A stretch of 64,000 bases of DNA from Felis catus (Eukaryota): positions 37,388,001 through 37,452,000 of the forward strand of contig NC_058368.1 of NCBI RefSeq assembly GCF_018350175.1, given 5' to 3'. Below, in pieces: positions 12,712 through 26,659 of the stretch. The notes under the pieces are model-generated. The model was not told the DNA's origin, did no database searches, and saw only the letters and a program-made list of their open reading frames with translations. The position numbers were made by a program, and so were the translations under genes. Each line of letters begins with the position of its first letter. Positions within the stretch are counted from its first letter, which is position 1.

Positions 12712-15700
12712 CCAGTAATTCTGAGACTTTTAAACAAACCCAGTTCACTTTGTCCAGTACATGAAGATATTATGGTTGCTTACTGTGGTTCTCATTTAAA
12801 TTTTCAAGGGAACTTTTTAGTGTATTCTCATCATTAGATGCAACTTTTTTTATCCGCTTCTTATAATGATGTTGAAAAAGATAGTAAATATTCTGAATGG
12901 CCTAGTTGCTGAGATTTGTTAAAGGAACATGGACATCCCTCACTCACAAGTTTATATCTTTCCTATCCCACCTAACGGGAGAATCCAGGAGAAAAAGAAA
13001 AGGGGAAAGACACAATAATTAGTAGGATGGTAATAATCTAAGGAAAGCAATGGAAAATGATGTCTCCTGTACTAATGTAAATCTATTAAGAGCATACATA
13101 TTTTATTCATATGGACAATTATATTTCCCTGGATATTTTGCTATTGAAGTTACTCAACATCTAATTTTTTAACATAATTGTTTCCATCCCATTTGAAATA
13201 TTCAGATTTGGCCAACTATACCATAATAACATTAAACATGCATGTAATATTAATACTAAAATTTTAAATCTTAAAACAATCAATATATTCCTGTGAAAAT
13301 TTTGGTCCAAATAATTTAAAAGTGACTTAGTATAAAACATAAGATTGTATGATAGAATGGAACATTCTATCAAAGGCTTTAAAATAATAAAATGGTAAGT
13401 AAAGTTTGCGTTAGAGGTAAACATGAAGATATTCTTATATAATTACTGTGGGCATAATCATGCGAAAAATAATGAATGTCTACAAATGGAAAACATCAAC
13501 ATTCACTGAGTAATCAGAAAGTATTCACATCCATATATTTTCTTGGGAAATACCAAAATAAACATCTACACTGCATATAGAGTAACTGCATACACTGCAC
13601 ACACAATATTGTCTAATATTTTATTATCAGTATATTAATCACTGGCCAAGCTGCCATTGCTTGCAGACATAAATTACTTGTATAAAGTTTATGCAAAATA
13701 GTGATCTCCTTCATCAAGGCTTGGATCAATGTTTCTAGAGACAAGTGTGCTAAGGTGATAACTATTACCCCATCCACAATTCCAATCACCTGTACATCCA
13801 TAACTTTACCCCAAACTGATGGTGTTTAGCATGATGGACATTTGGGGGTTTTACTAAAGTGTTAACTCAATATATGGAGTGGGAATAGAAAACAGTAAGG
13901 TTTTAACCATTGATTAAACCTTAAATAAATTCCTCAAATTTTTATGGGAGGATGCCATTGACTTCAGTAACTATTCTGGAAAAAGGCAAGGATATGCAAA
14001 CACTTATATGAAGAGAAATGAGAGCAACCAAGTTTTATGTATGTTTACTTTGTTAAGAAATAGAGAAAATGTTAGATATATTCTCACGTTGGAAGGAAGT
14101 GATTATTTTCAGCTGTGGCCCTGAAAATGTATTTTCCTATGATTTTAACCTATTATTCTAAAAACTGTCTTGTTTGACAATATCTCTCAAACATTTATTG
14201 CCAGATAGAATGATAATAGCATGAGGGTGAAACATACCTGCATCGAACATAGTAACTGTTAGATAGCATTAAAGCCCCCATAGAAAAATAGTCTACAAAA
14301 TCTTTTATATAACACTTTCTTTGGAGTTGAGTTAATCTTAAAGTAGCTAGAATGTTTAAGAACAAGAAAAGGTAAAAAGGTGTTATTCATAAAGGAAATA
14401 AGCACCATTAAACATAATCAACTTGAAAAGAAGACAAATATATATATACTTAAGGAGGAATGAAATATAAATAGGCTCATTTATTGGAATAAGATGGGAA
14501 TCATGATTTCCCTGATTCTAAGAAAATGTTTATTGGGTTTAGGACAATTATGAAAGGGGAAGTCAGTCTCAGGCAAAAAGTAAAGAAATGAATATTGCAA
14601 TGCTTATTTTAAATACGAATCTTACAGAGGGGTGGATAATCACACAAATCAGTGCTATATTGTCTTCTTACTTTGCTCTTGGTCTTTTGCTACTAGCATC
14701 TTTTGTCACGGGGAAGTTAATGTTATTTATGTTTGAGAATACATTTCTTCTATTTAAAAGTCCTCAGTGGTTCCTTACTGCTTACAAAATAAGTCGGAAA
14801 CTACAGAACAAGGCAATTGTAAATGTGACTCCAGTTTCCTTTTCAATGTCATGCTCTCTGTATCACCAATAAGTCCAATATTGGGGGTGCCAGACCACCC
14901 AGGTACTTTGAACTGAGTGCCATTTGCCACAACAACAGGCATTTGTATTCACACTCTCCCTTGACTTCAGCCTTCAAGGCTCTCAGAACAAATGCCACCG
15001 ACGTCTGCCTCTTTCTTAGATGAAGCAATCACTAGAATAATACAATCTATTTGTTTTGAAGATATATCTGTATCTGCTAATGTACTTAATCTGTAAGGTC
15101 CTAGAGGCCTTACATGCTGCTTTATTCATCTTCATAACTATGTTTTTCAGGCTCAGTAGAAATTCGATAAATTCTTTTCTAAACGAAGGCTGATGTTATA
15201 AGCTATTTCTTTATTACTCTCTCTCCAAACAGACCAGTTTGTGTGTGTGTGTGTCTTTTTAATAGTGTGCTTAGATTTTTATGACCATACATTAGCAGAC
15301 TAAAGGATTTTAATAAAGATCTATTAACGTGCAACTTAAAAGAAAAATCAAGGTTGTGTATCCAACTAGGTTTTCTTTTTAAAGGAATGGCTTTCAAATT
15401 TTGTGATTCAAGGTTAAGATATCAGAGACATAAGAGAGTTGATACCCTCATTTTTCTCTTGTGTGTTCCAATATATTTATTTGCTTGATAAGTATTAGAG
15501 ATATTCTTTGTCCAATTACATGTTTTATTTCCAATTGAATATACATTTCCAAAAGTTTAAGATGTTTTCCAAATATGGGACTAAAGTTTTTACAAACTCA
15601 CATAATTGAATGTGAGGAAATCAGGGAAGTTCTTAGGCATACACACTTAAACACACAAACAGGTACACATAAAATTTGTTTTTAGATTGTTAGCATATTA

Positions 15701-15780
15701 GGAACCCAAAAACACCAATAATGAATAAGATATAGCAGTTTGTTAAGGTGAATATTCAAGCATATATAATTATAAGAATA

Positions 15781-16021
15781 CGGTAAAACCTTGGTTTGTG
15801 AGCATGATTCATCCTGGAAACATGCTTATAATCCACAGCACTTGTATATCAAATTGAATTTCAAGAACCATTGGCTCAGTTGTGATCACGTGATGTTTGG
15901 CATCATGTACTACTCCTATTGCAAGACATCACTCATTTATCAAGTTAAAATTTATTATAAATGTTTGCTTGTCTTGTGGAACACTCGCAGAACAAGTTAC
16001 TCGCAATCCAAGGTTTTACTG
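15781..16021. mobile_element. Tc1/mariner (Tigger-like) non-autonomous MITE, 241 bp
   Basis: TIRs cggtaaaaccttggtttgtgag / ctcgcaatccaaggttttactg, flanked by TA at 15779-15780 and 16022-16023. Confidence 0.88.
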
Positions 16022-18019
16022 TAATTCATGTAGTTTATGTTATATTATAAATTAATTTCCCCCTCTAAGTTTTCTTTTTTACATGTATAACGGATATTCA
16101 TGTCCTTATAAGTTGTGAGTTGTGTGTGTGTATACATATGTATACATGTGTGTGTGTGTATAATTAATCATCATGCAAGTTGTATATATACGTTGTTATT
16201 CAGCACCCAAACACCCATGACATTATGTCAGATTTCTGATGAAAGAAAATTATATTTTCAGTATATTTTCAGGAAATATTTTATAAAGAGTGATTTTATA
16301 TCTACAGTCTTGCCTCTAATCACAGATTGTATTTTGCTCATGCCCATAATTTTTGAACAATAATTTTAGAGCAACATCTATATGTCATGTCATTTGTATA
16401 TACTTAACAGAGTCTGTGATTAAAATTACAACAATATATTCTGCTTAACATTAAAACAGTGTAGTTCTTGAGTTATTGGCAAGAATGGAGCTTGGAGTGA
16501 ATGCTCATTCAAAGAAAAAAGCTTTCTTCTCTTCCATTTTTCTTTTCTGTCTCTTTAAGTTTTGGTAGATTTGGGGTGTCCATGCTATAATTTAGCATCT
16601 TCTTTTTTTTTCACATTATTTTCCAGTGAACGTACCAACTGTCTGCCTGCTGTCTTATTTTATTGTAATTTATTTTTCTTAAAACACAAACCAAACCATG
16701 TGACCCCACAGTTTAGAGTCCCTCAGTAGTTCCTCAGGGCTAACTGGGATAAAAGACTCTCTTCAGTCTGGTCCTGCCTGTCTTCTAGCCTTATCTTTCA
16801 ACATTTGTTCACCAGACATTCTGTACTTGAGCTATTTGTGGGTCCTCATTAAGCCATGCGATTTCACCTTTCCAAGCCTTGCCCCTTGTTATGTTAGAAA
16901 ACTGTTGTGCTCTTCAAGATGTAACTCAAAATGCTGTTACTTGCTTTCTTCCTCTGTCCTATACATATCTGTATGTGTAGCCCAGTTGCCATCAATCTAT
17001 CTTTATTTTATTACTGGTGTATATATCTGACCCATACTTGATTGGGAATGCCTCTACATCTTTGCATCTCCTTAGAACAATACTGTACTTAGTGTAAAAA
17101 GATAGAGTGACTGACATTGGGGTAAATTAACTAAGTATTTATCTCACAAAACAATTGCCACTGGTAAGTTTGGACACGATTAATTTAGAATATAGGATGT
17201 TGGCTTCTACCTCTTTTTCATCACCTACATGTAGGAAGACTTTCTTTACACTGGATCTATCGCCTCATATTTGTTTGCAAGCTTCTAAATTTTCAAATAT
17301 GTAAATATTCCTCCCACTTTGCTGACAATTATGTATTTAAACTCAAATTCAGTGTGTCGGAAGCAATAGAATGATATTATCATAAATATGTATACATAAT
17401 ATATGTTATATAAAACTTGTATAGGTTATATACACATAAATATTATGTATATATAATATGTAACACATACCACACACATATACAACATACACACATCACA
17501 TCACATGAAACCATATGTGTGTGTTATATAAATTATTGTATATATATTTACATACACTTATCTTTCCAATAAATTTATGAGACTAGATATATTCAAATTA
17601 AAAAGCTATGAAAATATCTAGGATATAATAGCATGGACTATAAATGTGGAAATTGACAAGCTAATTGAACCATAACAGAGGCAGTGCTTAATATATTGTA
17701 AAAATAGAAACATATATGTATATATATAATTTGTCATAAATATACCCAATACTTTTTCCATTATTTCTGCATGTTAAAATCCACCATACTGTTAAAATAT
17801 TACTAAGTTCTTAAAGATGTTTATACTATAGTTTGTAACTATTGTCTGCATGTATGATACTGCCTCTTTAATTATCGTGATCCAAAGATTTCTCTTCAGT
17901 GTCTAGATATTATTCTTAGATTCACATTTTGAAAGTCAACGTAAATAACGTCTGTTTTGACCAATAGCATAAAGTTGCTTTGAGCTACTTACACAAAACG
18001 TTTTCAATATTATTTAAAC

Positions 18020-18231
18020 CAGTGGTTTCTAAGCGGGGGTGATTTCACTCTCAAGCAGACACAGAAAGATGTCGATTTTGATTGCCACAACTTGGGGAGG
18101 GGGTGCTACTGACATCGAGCGGGCTGAGGCCGAGGGTGCTGTTCTGTTAAGCATTCTACAAGGAACACTTGACCCAAAATGTCCCCACATTTGATCCAAA
18201 ATGTTGCTGTTGCCAAGGTTGAGAAACCCTG
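18020..18231. mobile_element. MER20 (hAT-Charlie) DNA transposon
   Basis: cagtggtttct...gagaaaccctg termini, 8-bp TSD atttaaac/gtttaagc, MER20-like interior. Confidence 0.88.
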
Positions 18232-20509
18232 GTTTAAGCAAGTTGTGTTCAGTCCCTACATTTGGAGAATCAATGAAGACTATGAAAAGAAGTAGCCCAA
18301 ATGCCCATGTGACCTAAGTAGCCTTAAGTAGAATCCAGTTCTGTTATTATTTTGTATTTCAAAATCATTTTTTAAAAACTTTCAAAGCCTCCACCCAAGT
18401 AATGCTATTTTCCGTTTCTTTCTGAATTTGTTGATTTGGGGCCCATAATCATATCTTAATAATTCTTTACACTGGGGTCAATTCTTTTTGTTCAGGTCCA
18501 TGACAGATGCATCATGTAATAAATCACACATGCCTGTGTTCAGCGAGACAGGTTTCCACAGAAACCTGTTGTAATCCACTATTTCCTGAAAGACAGCTTG
18601 TATAAAGGGTAGAATAGAACCAGGGAGCTAATCTAGTCCCTCTGGCCTGTCTAGGCAACAGCCTAACTAAATTATGCCATGTAGATTAAATAAATAAATA
18701 AATAAATAAATAAGCAAGGAAGCTATCCTTAGAAAAAAAACATATCCTACTTTCTTTAGCATCCAGTTCAACTCAGTTGAAATGATTGAGGCAGTGTATA
18801 AGTGCGAAGGAAACTAGGAACACTGACATCCTTAATTTATTCTCAAAATAAGATGTGGGATAAAAGGTACTAAACTAAATGATTTGTTGCCATGACACCA
18901 AAGTATTAGGAGTAAACTCTGAAAAAGTTGCTCTGTTAAAGTCCATTGCAAATTATGTTCCATTTGGAGTTAAAAATGTGTTCTGAGTCTCACTCTCAGT
19001 ATACTTGTAATTAGCTTTTAATCAGTTTATTAAATGTGACTCCTAGTAACATTTGTAATTCCATTTTAGATCTATTTCTGTGAAGAATTTCACATAAAGT
19101 CCCATTTATATATGTGTGTGTGTGTATCTTGGACTGTGCATATATATGGTACATGTATGTGTGATATATATTTGATATGTATGTGTGTGGATATTTATAC
19201 TTAAAATTGCTATAAATATAAATACTTACAAATATAAACTTTCATCCCCTTGAAGAATAACTACAATGAGGGATGCTGGACACTTGTGTTATAGTTATTT
19301 ATTCCTTTACGGAAAACCATATACTGAATTAGCTGGGAGGTAGCTTTGTGGTACATATTGAGTCACATTTTTTGTTTGTTACTTCATACATTTTAAAATG
19401 AAGCCACAGAAGGTATTTTAAGACAGTATTATAAAAACCCTAATCTTCATTGAACGAGGGATAGTTTTTTCAGTGAAAACAAATATTTTAATCCATATTA
19501 CCTGCCTTCAAGGAAGATATAATTTGTTGCAGTATATTGTCAACAAACTATTTTAAGACAAGTCAGAATAAAGAACATCTTATAATAGAGTTAGAAGTAA
19601 AATGCAATAAGATGGAGTAATTGTATCTGATTGGGCTTAAAACAATCATTATTACAAAGATGACTTTTGAGCTAGGTTTTGAAGAATTAGGAAGATTTCC
19701 ATAAATAAAGGATAAAGGTATCAAGATGCAGTTTCAGGCAACACATTCCTTCTTACAGTCAATTAAATTTAGCTTCTGATATAATGCATTTTGTTCTCTA
19801 TAAACTTTCAATAAGAATGTGAGATCATAGTTTATCACAGTCTGATCCTAATACATGAGGCTAAGTTCAGATAAATTGTCCTAGCCTCTGTACTTTAATT
19901 TTTAGAATACGTACCATTTGTCACCTAAGTTAGCTCATAGTAAAATAGTAATAAATTATAATAATTTCTAAAAGTAGACACTCTGACTTTAGTTTCTCAT
20001 GACAAAAGCATGTATTTTGTGTTGTAGTGCGGTTAGTAAATTTATTTCTCTTCGTTTCATTATGGTCTCTAAGCACACAGAAAAGAGTCTCTATAGTTTT
20101 TTTCAGCTTACATATGATATAGCAGGCAAAGTAAGGGTGGAATGGTCAGTAGAAGTGAGATCGTGCAAGGTTGTACAATTAAGTTAAAAAAATCTAAAGT
20201 TGATGCTAAGAGTGGGTGACTTTACGTCCCACGAAAGATAACAGATGACATTTGACTGCTTCTACTAGTCCTTACTAAGCTGTGTACTAATTTATGTGAC
20301 CCTCCCAGGTAACAAAAATGTTTTAATCCAATTATGCACTAACCAATGTCTACTGTTGAGCATTCTATCCCCCAGAGGATGGACAAAGGGAATAACTCTC
20401 CTTATAATTCCTGTTAACATCTCTCCTAGTATGCTAGGAACCAGAGGAATCCGGTTCCTCTGCCAGGCAACATAACCTTTTCTGCTAAGTGTCAGGAAAT
20501 ATTACAGCC

Positions 20510-21620
20510 TAACCACCTGCAAAATTGTAATGAAGGTAGAGAATAGTATTATAATTGAATATACTTGATACTTTATTCTCATTTATTGCTCTTTTTCCTC
20601 CACTTAGAGCACCCACTCTTTCTTTCTGATTCCCTTCCACCTCCCTGACTACACCATCTCTGTAATTGTGGCTGGCTGCTTCCTTTCCCCCTTCCTGAAT
20701 GGTATTCATGTCTTGTGGCTACAGATGCCATCTCATTACAAGATACTCTGTATCCCCATGGCTTTAAATAAATTCTATATGGTGATGACTTCCAAATGTA
20801 TAGCCCAAGTTTCTGCCACCTCTCTTCACCACATACTATTTTTTCAAGTTTGGACTCCTATAGTCTACTTCTTCCTTAGTGTCACTGTGATAATGATATT
20901 GCATACCTAGTAGGCATCTTAGTTGAATATATCCAATACCTAACTCTTGATTCTACTACCCCACCCCCCCTGCAGTTTTCCCAATACCAGTATAACACCA
21001 TCATTTGCCAGTAGCTCAGGCCAACACACTGACAGCGTTCTTGATTTGCGTCTTTTCTTCTCAACCCACAGTGAACTGATTGCCCTTTCCTATGGCCTCG
21101 ACAGTCAGACTATGGTTTCAGTCTCACTGATACCATTTCTGCTAGTACAGCCTTAATGCTTCATCTCTTTCAAGGAATTGGAAATAGTCTTCTAACGGGT
21201 ATCTCCTCATCCTCCTTCTACCTCCTTCTGCCAGTGTAACCCAGCTCATTTCCTCTTCAGGGTCTCTGAACTAGCTGGTCTATCTGCAAAATATTTTTCT
21301 CTTTTACATCTTTGCATGGCTCGTACCCTCATTTATTTCAAGTCTCTGCTCAAATGAGACCACTTCAGAAAGAGCTGGAATGATTGCCCTTTGTGAACTA
21401 TCTTCCACCCTAATTACTTTTTTATCTGCTGTCTTTGCTTCATTTGTCATCAGAGTATTGACATTTTATTATGTATTTCTTTATATTTTTATTTGTCATC
21501 TGCCTCCTTCACTGTTATTGAAGTGTTATGAAGGCAGGGATTTTTCCTGTTCCACTTCTATAGCCTAAGAACTTAAAATACTACCTATTAATATTCAGAA
21601 TTATTTGTTTAGTGAATGAA
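20510..21620. mobile_element. L2 3' remnant
   Basis: Decayed L2a-like sequence (gatgacttccaaatgtatagcccaag...; ends tttgtttagtgaatgaat). Confidence 0.7.
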
Positions 21621-22526
21621 TGGGACATTCAAGGGATTTAGAAAGTCAATTATTTTATGTTTGACATGACTCTCTGCCTTAAATCTTTACAATTCCATTG
21701 GAAGGAATATAGGCAAAATATTTAAGGATAAAGGAAGGCAGAACATAACAGCATTCTCTGATTAGTTCCACTAATGATCTTACACATTTGCCTGTGAAAA
21801 GCCTGCTTCTAAGTGAACATTCATGTTTTATCTGTTGCCCTTATGTTTGTATTAATAGCCTTTAAAGAGTGCAACCAGACTGCCTTCTTCCTAAGAGTTT
21901 TATTTCCTCATGCTGAATGTAGGACTTTTATATTTAGAAGCACAAACTCTTCCCTAATTATATACAACCTACTGTTCTAAATTTTGCATGCCACTTTGCA
22001 GTTTAGTGCTATGCGATTTACTTGCTACCAATTTTGGTGTCAGAAATTTGACATCTAGATTGCTTTTGAAAAGTAATGGTAAAGTGGATTTAGTACTGAA
22101 TGAGACTTAGCATCTGCTTTCTTGGCTTCTTTTTAATTGTTTTTTTTTCTTTCACTTACATGTAATGATCCACCCACAATGTCATGATAATAGGTCAAAT
22201 ACTCATCATGACTTATAAATGAAGAGAAAATACTTTTAACCCTCAGTCAGCTAATTTTGCTGAGATATTTTTCTCAGAAAACAGAGGAATAGAATACAAC
22301 TTGTATAATTTGCTAAACACCCACACATTAATTCATATTTATTAAATATATTATAATTTATAGAAAGAACCTAGCAGAAGAAACCAATGTGTATTATGGA
22401 ATTCTGCCATTAGCCAGATTCATATCATGGTTTTGTGGTTTGAATTTTAGCTAACAAATGAATTATTCCTAACTATTGAAGAGCATCACTTATATTTGTA
22501 GTCATATGTTAGGTCTCTATCTCTTT

Positions 22527-22572
22527 CTTCTATCTGTCTATCTATCTATCTATCTATCTATCATCTATCTCT
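22527..22572. repeat. (TCTA)n tetranucleotide microsatellite
   Basis: Seen directly. Confidence 0.9.
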
Positions 22573-23365
22573 ATAAATATACATATACTTATAGGTATAC
22601 ACATACATATACATATGTGTGATATATAGAATTGTGTGTGTGAATGTAAATATGTATAAATATTCAATCAACAAAACAGTCATTAAAATTCATAGCTCTT
22701 AAAGTGAACAAAAATTCAAATCCTTCCTGTTTTGCTTAATGCCTGTTCAATTCACTAATTCATAAAATCAGGTTTGTGGGCATTATGTTAAAATACTGCA
22801 AAGCCTCTATGGTAAAATATGGTAATACCTTTTAATAGGACATAAATAACAGTATTATTCAAAATTTCCCTTAGGGTGTTGCCTAATTTTAGTTAGACCA
22901 TGAGGCAGCTTGAAAAAGGGCAAACTCATTAAAGCATTTCATTGTGAGTATTTTTTTAACCTGTAAAATAAGATTGAAATTACTTTATTTACAGTTTTGC
23001 CTCTGAGCTATTTTTTTCCTTCATTGTAAAAGAGAGCAGCTGGTGGTATTCCCAAATGTTAGCCTAACTTGAAACATTCTCACACTCCTTTTTGCTTGTT
23101 TGATATTATCTTTAGATATCACAGCTACATAATAAGACTGTCCTTTGGCATTTGAAAATTAAAGATGAGAAGGGCTCAAATACTTACACATTTTAGAATA
23201 TGGGCAAGTGAAATTTCCCTTGCAAAAAGTCGTGTTTGATATTTTTCTTATTTCCCACTAATTCCATGATTTATAAGCTAAAACATTTGTTTCCTGTTTA
23301 CAGACTGCAATCCAGCTTCACAGATTACCACTGTCAATTTCATATTTGATTTAAATAGGCTATAT

Positions 23366-23974
23366 ATGTTGTTGCAAATGACATGATCTCATTCTTTTTT
23401 ATGGCCGAGTAATATTCCATTGTACGTATATATACTGCTCCTCTTTACCCCTTCATCTGTCAATGGACCTGGGTTGCTTCCATATTATGGCTATTGGAAA
23501 TAACACTGCAATAAACATAGGGGTACATGTATCTTTTTTGAATTAGTGTCTTCATTTTCTTTGGGTAAATACCCAGTAGTGGAGGTACTGGATCAAAAAA
23601 GAATGAGATCTTGCAATACGAAAAAACATGGATGGACCTACTACTTACGATGGACCTAAGTAAAATAAGTCAGAGAAAGGCAAATACTGTATGATTTCAC
23701 TTATATGTGGCATTTAAGAAACACAACAAACAAAAAGCAGACAAACAAACAAAAAAACAGACTCTTAAATACAGAGAACAAACTGGTGGTTGCCAAAGGG
23801 GAGGTAGGCAGAGGAATGTGTAATAAAAGTGAAGGGGATTGAGTACAGTTACTGAGATGGGCACTAAGTAATGTGTAGAAATGTTGAGTCATTATATTGT
23901 ACACCTAAAACTAATATAGCACTGTATCCTAATTATACTTCAATTTAAAAAAAATTACAAATAAATAAATAAAT
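23366..23974 (+). mobile_element. Carnivore LINE-1 3' end with 5' inversion
   Basis: 23366-23594 is antisense L1; 23595-23974 is sense L1 3'UTR ending in an A-rich tail. Confidence 0.88.
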
Positions 23975-24367
23975 GGAAACTATAAGATTTTTTCAAAGTC
24001 AATACAAGATTTCAGGTTGTTTTTATTTTAATTTTTTTTGTACAGAACAAAACGTAATAACCTGATTCTTTCTTCAATAATTTTGTTGCTTGGTACATGT
24101 TCTTGTCATAATTTTCAATTATCTCAAATTTTATATCTTTTTTTTTGAGAGAAGTATCTCTCAGAGTAAATTAGCTCAATTTTTTTTTATTGTGAAAGTT
24201 TAGTGATATAATTAATGATAACTGGAAATTATCTTATAAATGTCCAGGTAGAAGCACAAAACGTAGCCATTGAAATTCCATTAATTTTTACGTTATGTGA
24301 AATTTTTAAAATGTGAGTAAATCCTGCCTGTGAAAGATAGAACACACTTCTATAGCACACTTACATC

Positions 24368-24487
24368 TTTTGTTTTCATTGAAATATAGCTGACCTAAAG
24401 TGTTACGTTAGTCTTAGGTATACAACATAGTATTTGAACAATTCTATACATTACTCAGTGCTCAGCACTGTAAGCATAGTCACCGTC
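24368..24487 (-). mobile_element. Very short carnivore L1 3'-end insertion
   Basis: Antisense L1 terminus similar to 23850-23945; degenerate TSD ctatagcacac / ctatagctcac. Confidence 0.75.
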
Positions 24488-25349
24488 TATAGCTCACCTG
24501 TAACTGAGAACTGTTTCTGGTGTCTGATATTTGGCATGCAAAATGATTATAAAGTGGTGCTCCTCTTATTCCAGATCTTCTTTTAGAATATGTTTCCAAA
24601 ACATATCAAGCAAACATTCAGTAAGTACAATGCAAATAGATTCCTTTCTGGGAAAAAAAAATGTTCAGTTGCTTGATTTAGTTTATTATTTTCCTTAATG
24701 ATAAATTCTACTGTCATTAATATTTATTCATAATTTTTGACAATTTCCACTGCAGTCCTTCTACCATAGAATATTTCTCAGTGTCTCACGCCTCTTTGGC
24801 CAATTCTTACTTCACATAAACTGCTAACCCTTATTATCAGTCTAAACCAGAAAGTAGAAAAAGGAAGGAAACTGAATGCGTCATTAATCAACACATTCTG
24901 TTTTTTGTTACTTTTTTATCAAAGCCATCTTATGCAAATAATAATTATTACTGAATCTCTATTCAAAATGGAAGCTATCCAGATGAAATACAATTTTGTT
25001 CTGGCATTAGGTGGGATATTTTTTGTTTTGTTTCCTGTTTTTGTTGTACAAGTGCAGGAAATCCACCTGAAATAGCAATCAAGGACTTATCCTACATAAT
25101 GGTAATATCTCATGGTTTGTTATGGCTTCAGGCAAGGCTTGGTCCAGTGGATAAAACAATTTCACCAGGGCTCTGTTTGCCTTTCTCTATCTCCTGAATT
25201 TGCCTTCATCTGTCATGGCTTCATTTGGTGGCACACTCTCTCTGAAGTGGGGAAATGGCTTATGGGGTCCTTATAGCAGCCCTATGTGCATACACTTCTG
25301 TACATGGTTCTTCCTGCTTAAAGTGTAGAAAGGGGGAAAAAATTCACAC

Positions 25350-26640
25350 AGAAATGATTGGAATTGAATAGTTCAGAAGCCTACTAAGAATTTGAGAAAA
25401 TTATTTTGGCAAAAAAGCCACGAATTTGGAAGAAAAAGCTTTGATGGTTCAAGCCTAAACTCATATCATGAGCCCCCAAACTTGCATGGGAAAGTGAGAA
25501 CGGCATAGTGCCAAGGACATCACGTTCAACAAAACCCACTTAAAATATTGCAACTGCGAATAATGGATAAAGAAAACTTTCCTAGATAGTGGAACTAGGG
25601 GCCTATACATGACCAAAACTTACTCAAGAAGATTCTTCCAGGGGCGTCTGGGTGGCTCAGTCAGTTGAGCGTCCAACTTCGGCTCAGGTCATGATCTTAC
25701 AGCTCGTGAATTCGAGCCCTGCGTCAGGCTCTGTGCTGACAGCTCCGAGCCTGGAGCCTGCTTCAGATTCTGTGTCTCACTCTCTGCCCCTTTCCCACTC
25801 ACGCTCTGTCTCTTTCTCTCAAAAATAAATAAATGTTGAAAAAAAGAATATTCTTACAGAAAACAGAATCACAGTTTAATCAAGGGACTTCTTTCATGTC
25901 CATGACAATGAATTCTTATATCACCTGCCCATCAGGATTCCAAACTTGCTAAATGGTGCGCCTCTAATTTTTCCTCTACCACGTGGAAGTGTCTTTTGCA
26001 GTTATCCTGATCCTAGTATACCAGTTAGTAGGTAATTTATCTCTTAGTTCATAGAGCTTGAAAGCATTGAGTTGCTATGAATCTGTTAGGGAAGACTACC
26101 CATCTTCCAGAGACTATAAATATTGAGCTGGATTCAGTGAATTTGATGAGACTTTGGATTTTTTCCCTTGGGGGTAGAATTAGTATGTTCTATATGTGAG
26201 AAGAAGAGAGCAATGGGCTATTTGGTGACCACCAAAGCAGACTGGCAAAAAAATGCTGGTATTTACCACCATTGATGTTTTTGTCTTTTCCTAGACACAC
26301 AGCTAGATCACATTTCCCCACTTATTTCAACTATATGAGTCATATAACTCTTTGCCATTGGAATGTGATGTGTATTATACCCAGGACAAGATAATTGAGA
26401 GTGAGTATGCTTTTTTTGTTTTAATTTTTTTTCTTCTTTCTTATCTGCTGGCTATAGGTAACAGGCATTAAAGGGTGCTCTGAAGACCTAGAATATGACA
26501 GAAGAAAAGAACCATGTGTCTCAATTCCATAAAGAAGGGTCCTGGTTACACACATCAAGCTGTGATGTATACAAGAAATACACTTGTATGTGTGTTAAAC
26601 CACTGCAGTTTGGTGTAGTTTGCTTTTTTGCTTTACTGAT
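25350..26640 (+). mobile_element. MaLR (MLT1J-like) internal fragment plus 3' LTR (about 26242-26640)
   Basis: Internal 3' end (gagactttgg...atttggtgaccaccaaagcagactg) followed by an LTR ending aaatacacttgtatgtgtgttaaaccactg. Confidence 0.65.
25641..25843 (+). mobile_element. CAN-SINE (felid type)
   Basis: TSD aagaagattcttcca / aagaatattcttaca. Confidence 0.96.
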
Positions 26641-26659
26641 GATTGAGAAATTCAAAAGA

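Noticed and set aside
12720..13860. Possible decayed GPCR pseudogene or endogenous viral L-gene fragment (hydrophobic ORFs 13161-13424 and 13613-13801; a 'GHP' tripeptide on plus)
   Set aside because: The frames I translated by hand show frequent stops, no ordered GPCR or RdRp motifs and wrong motif spacing; AT-rich DNA gives hydrophobic ORFs by chance. A tblastx/HMM search would be decisive.
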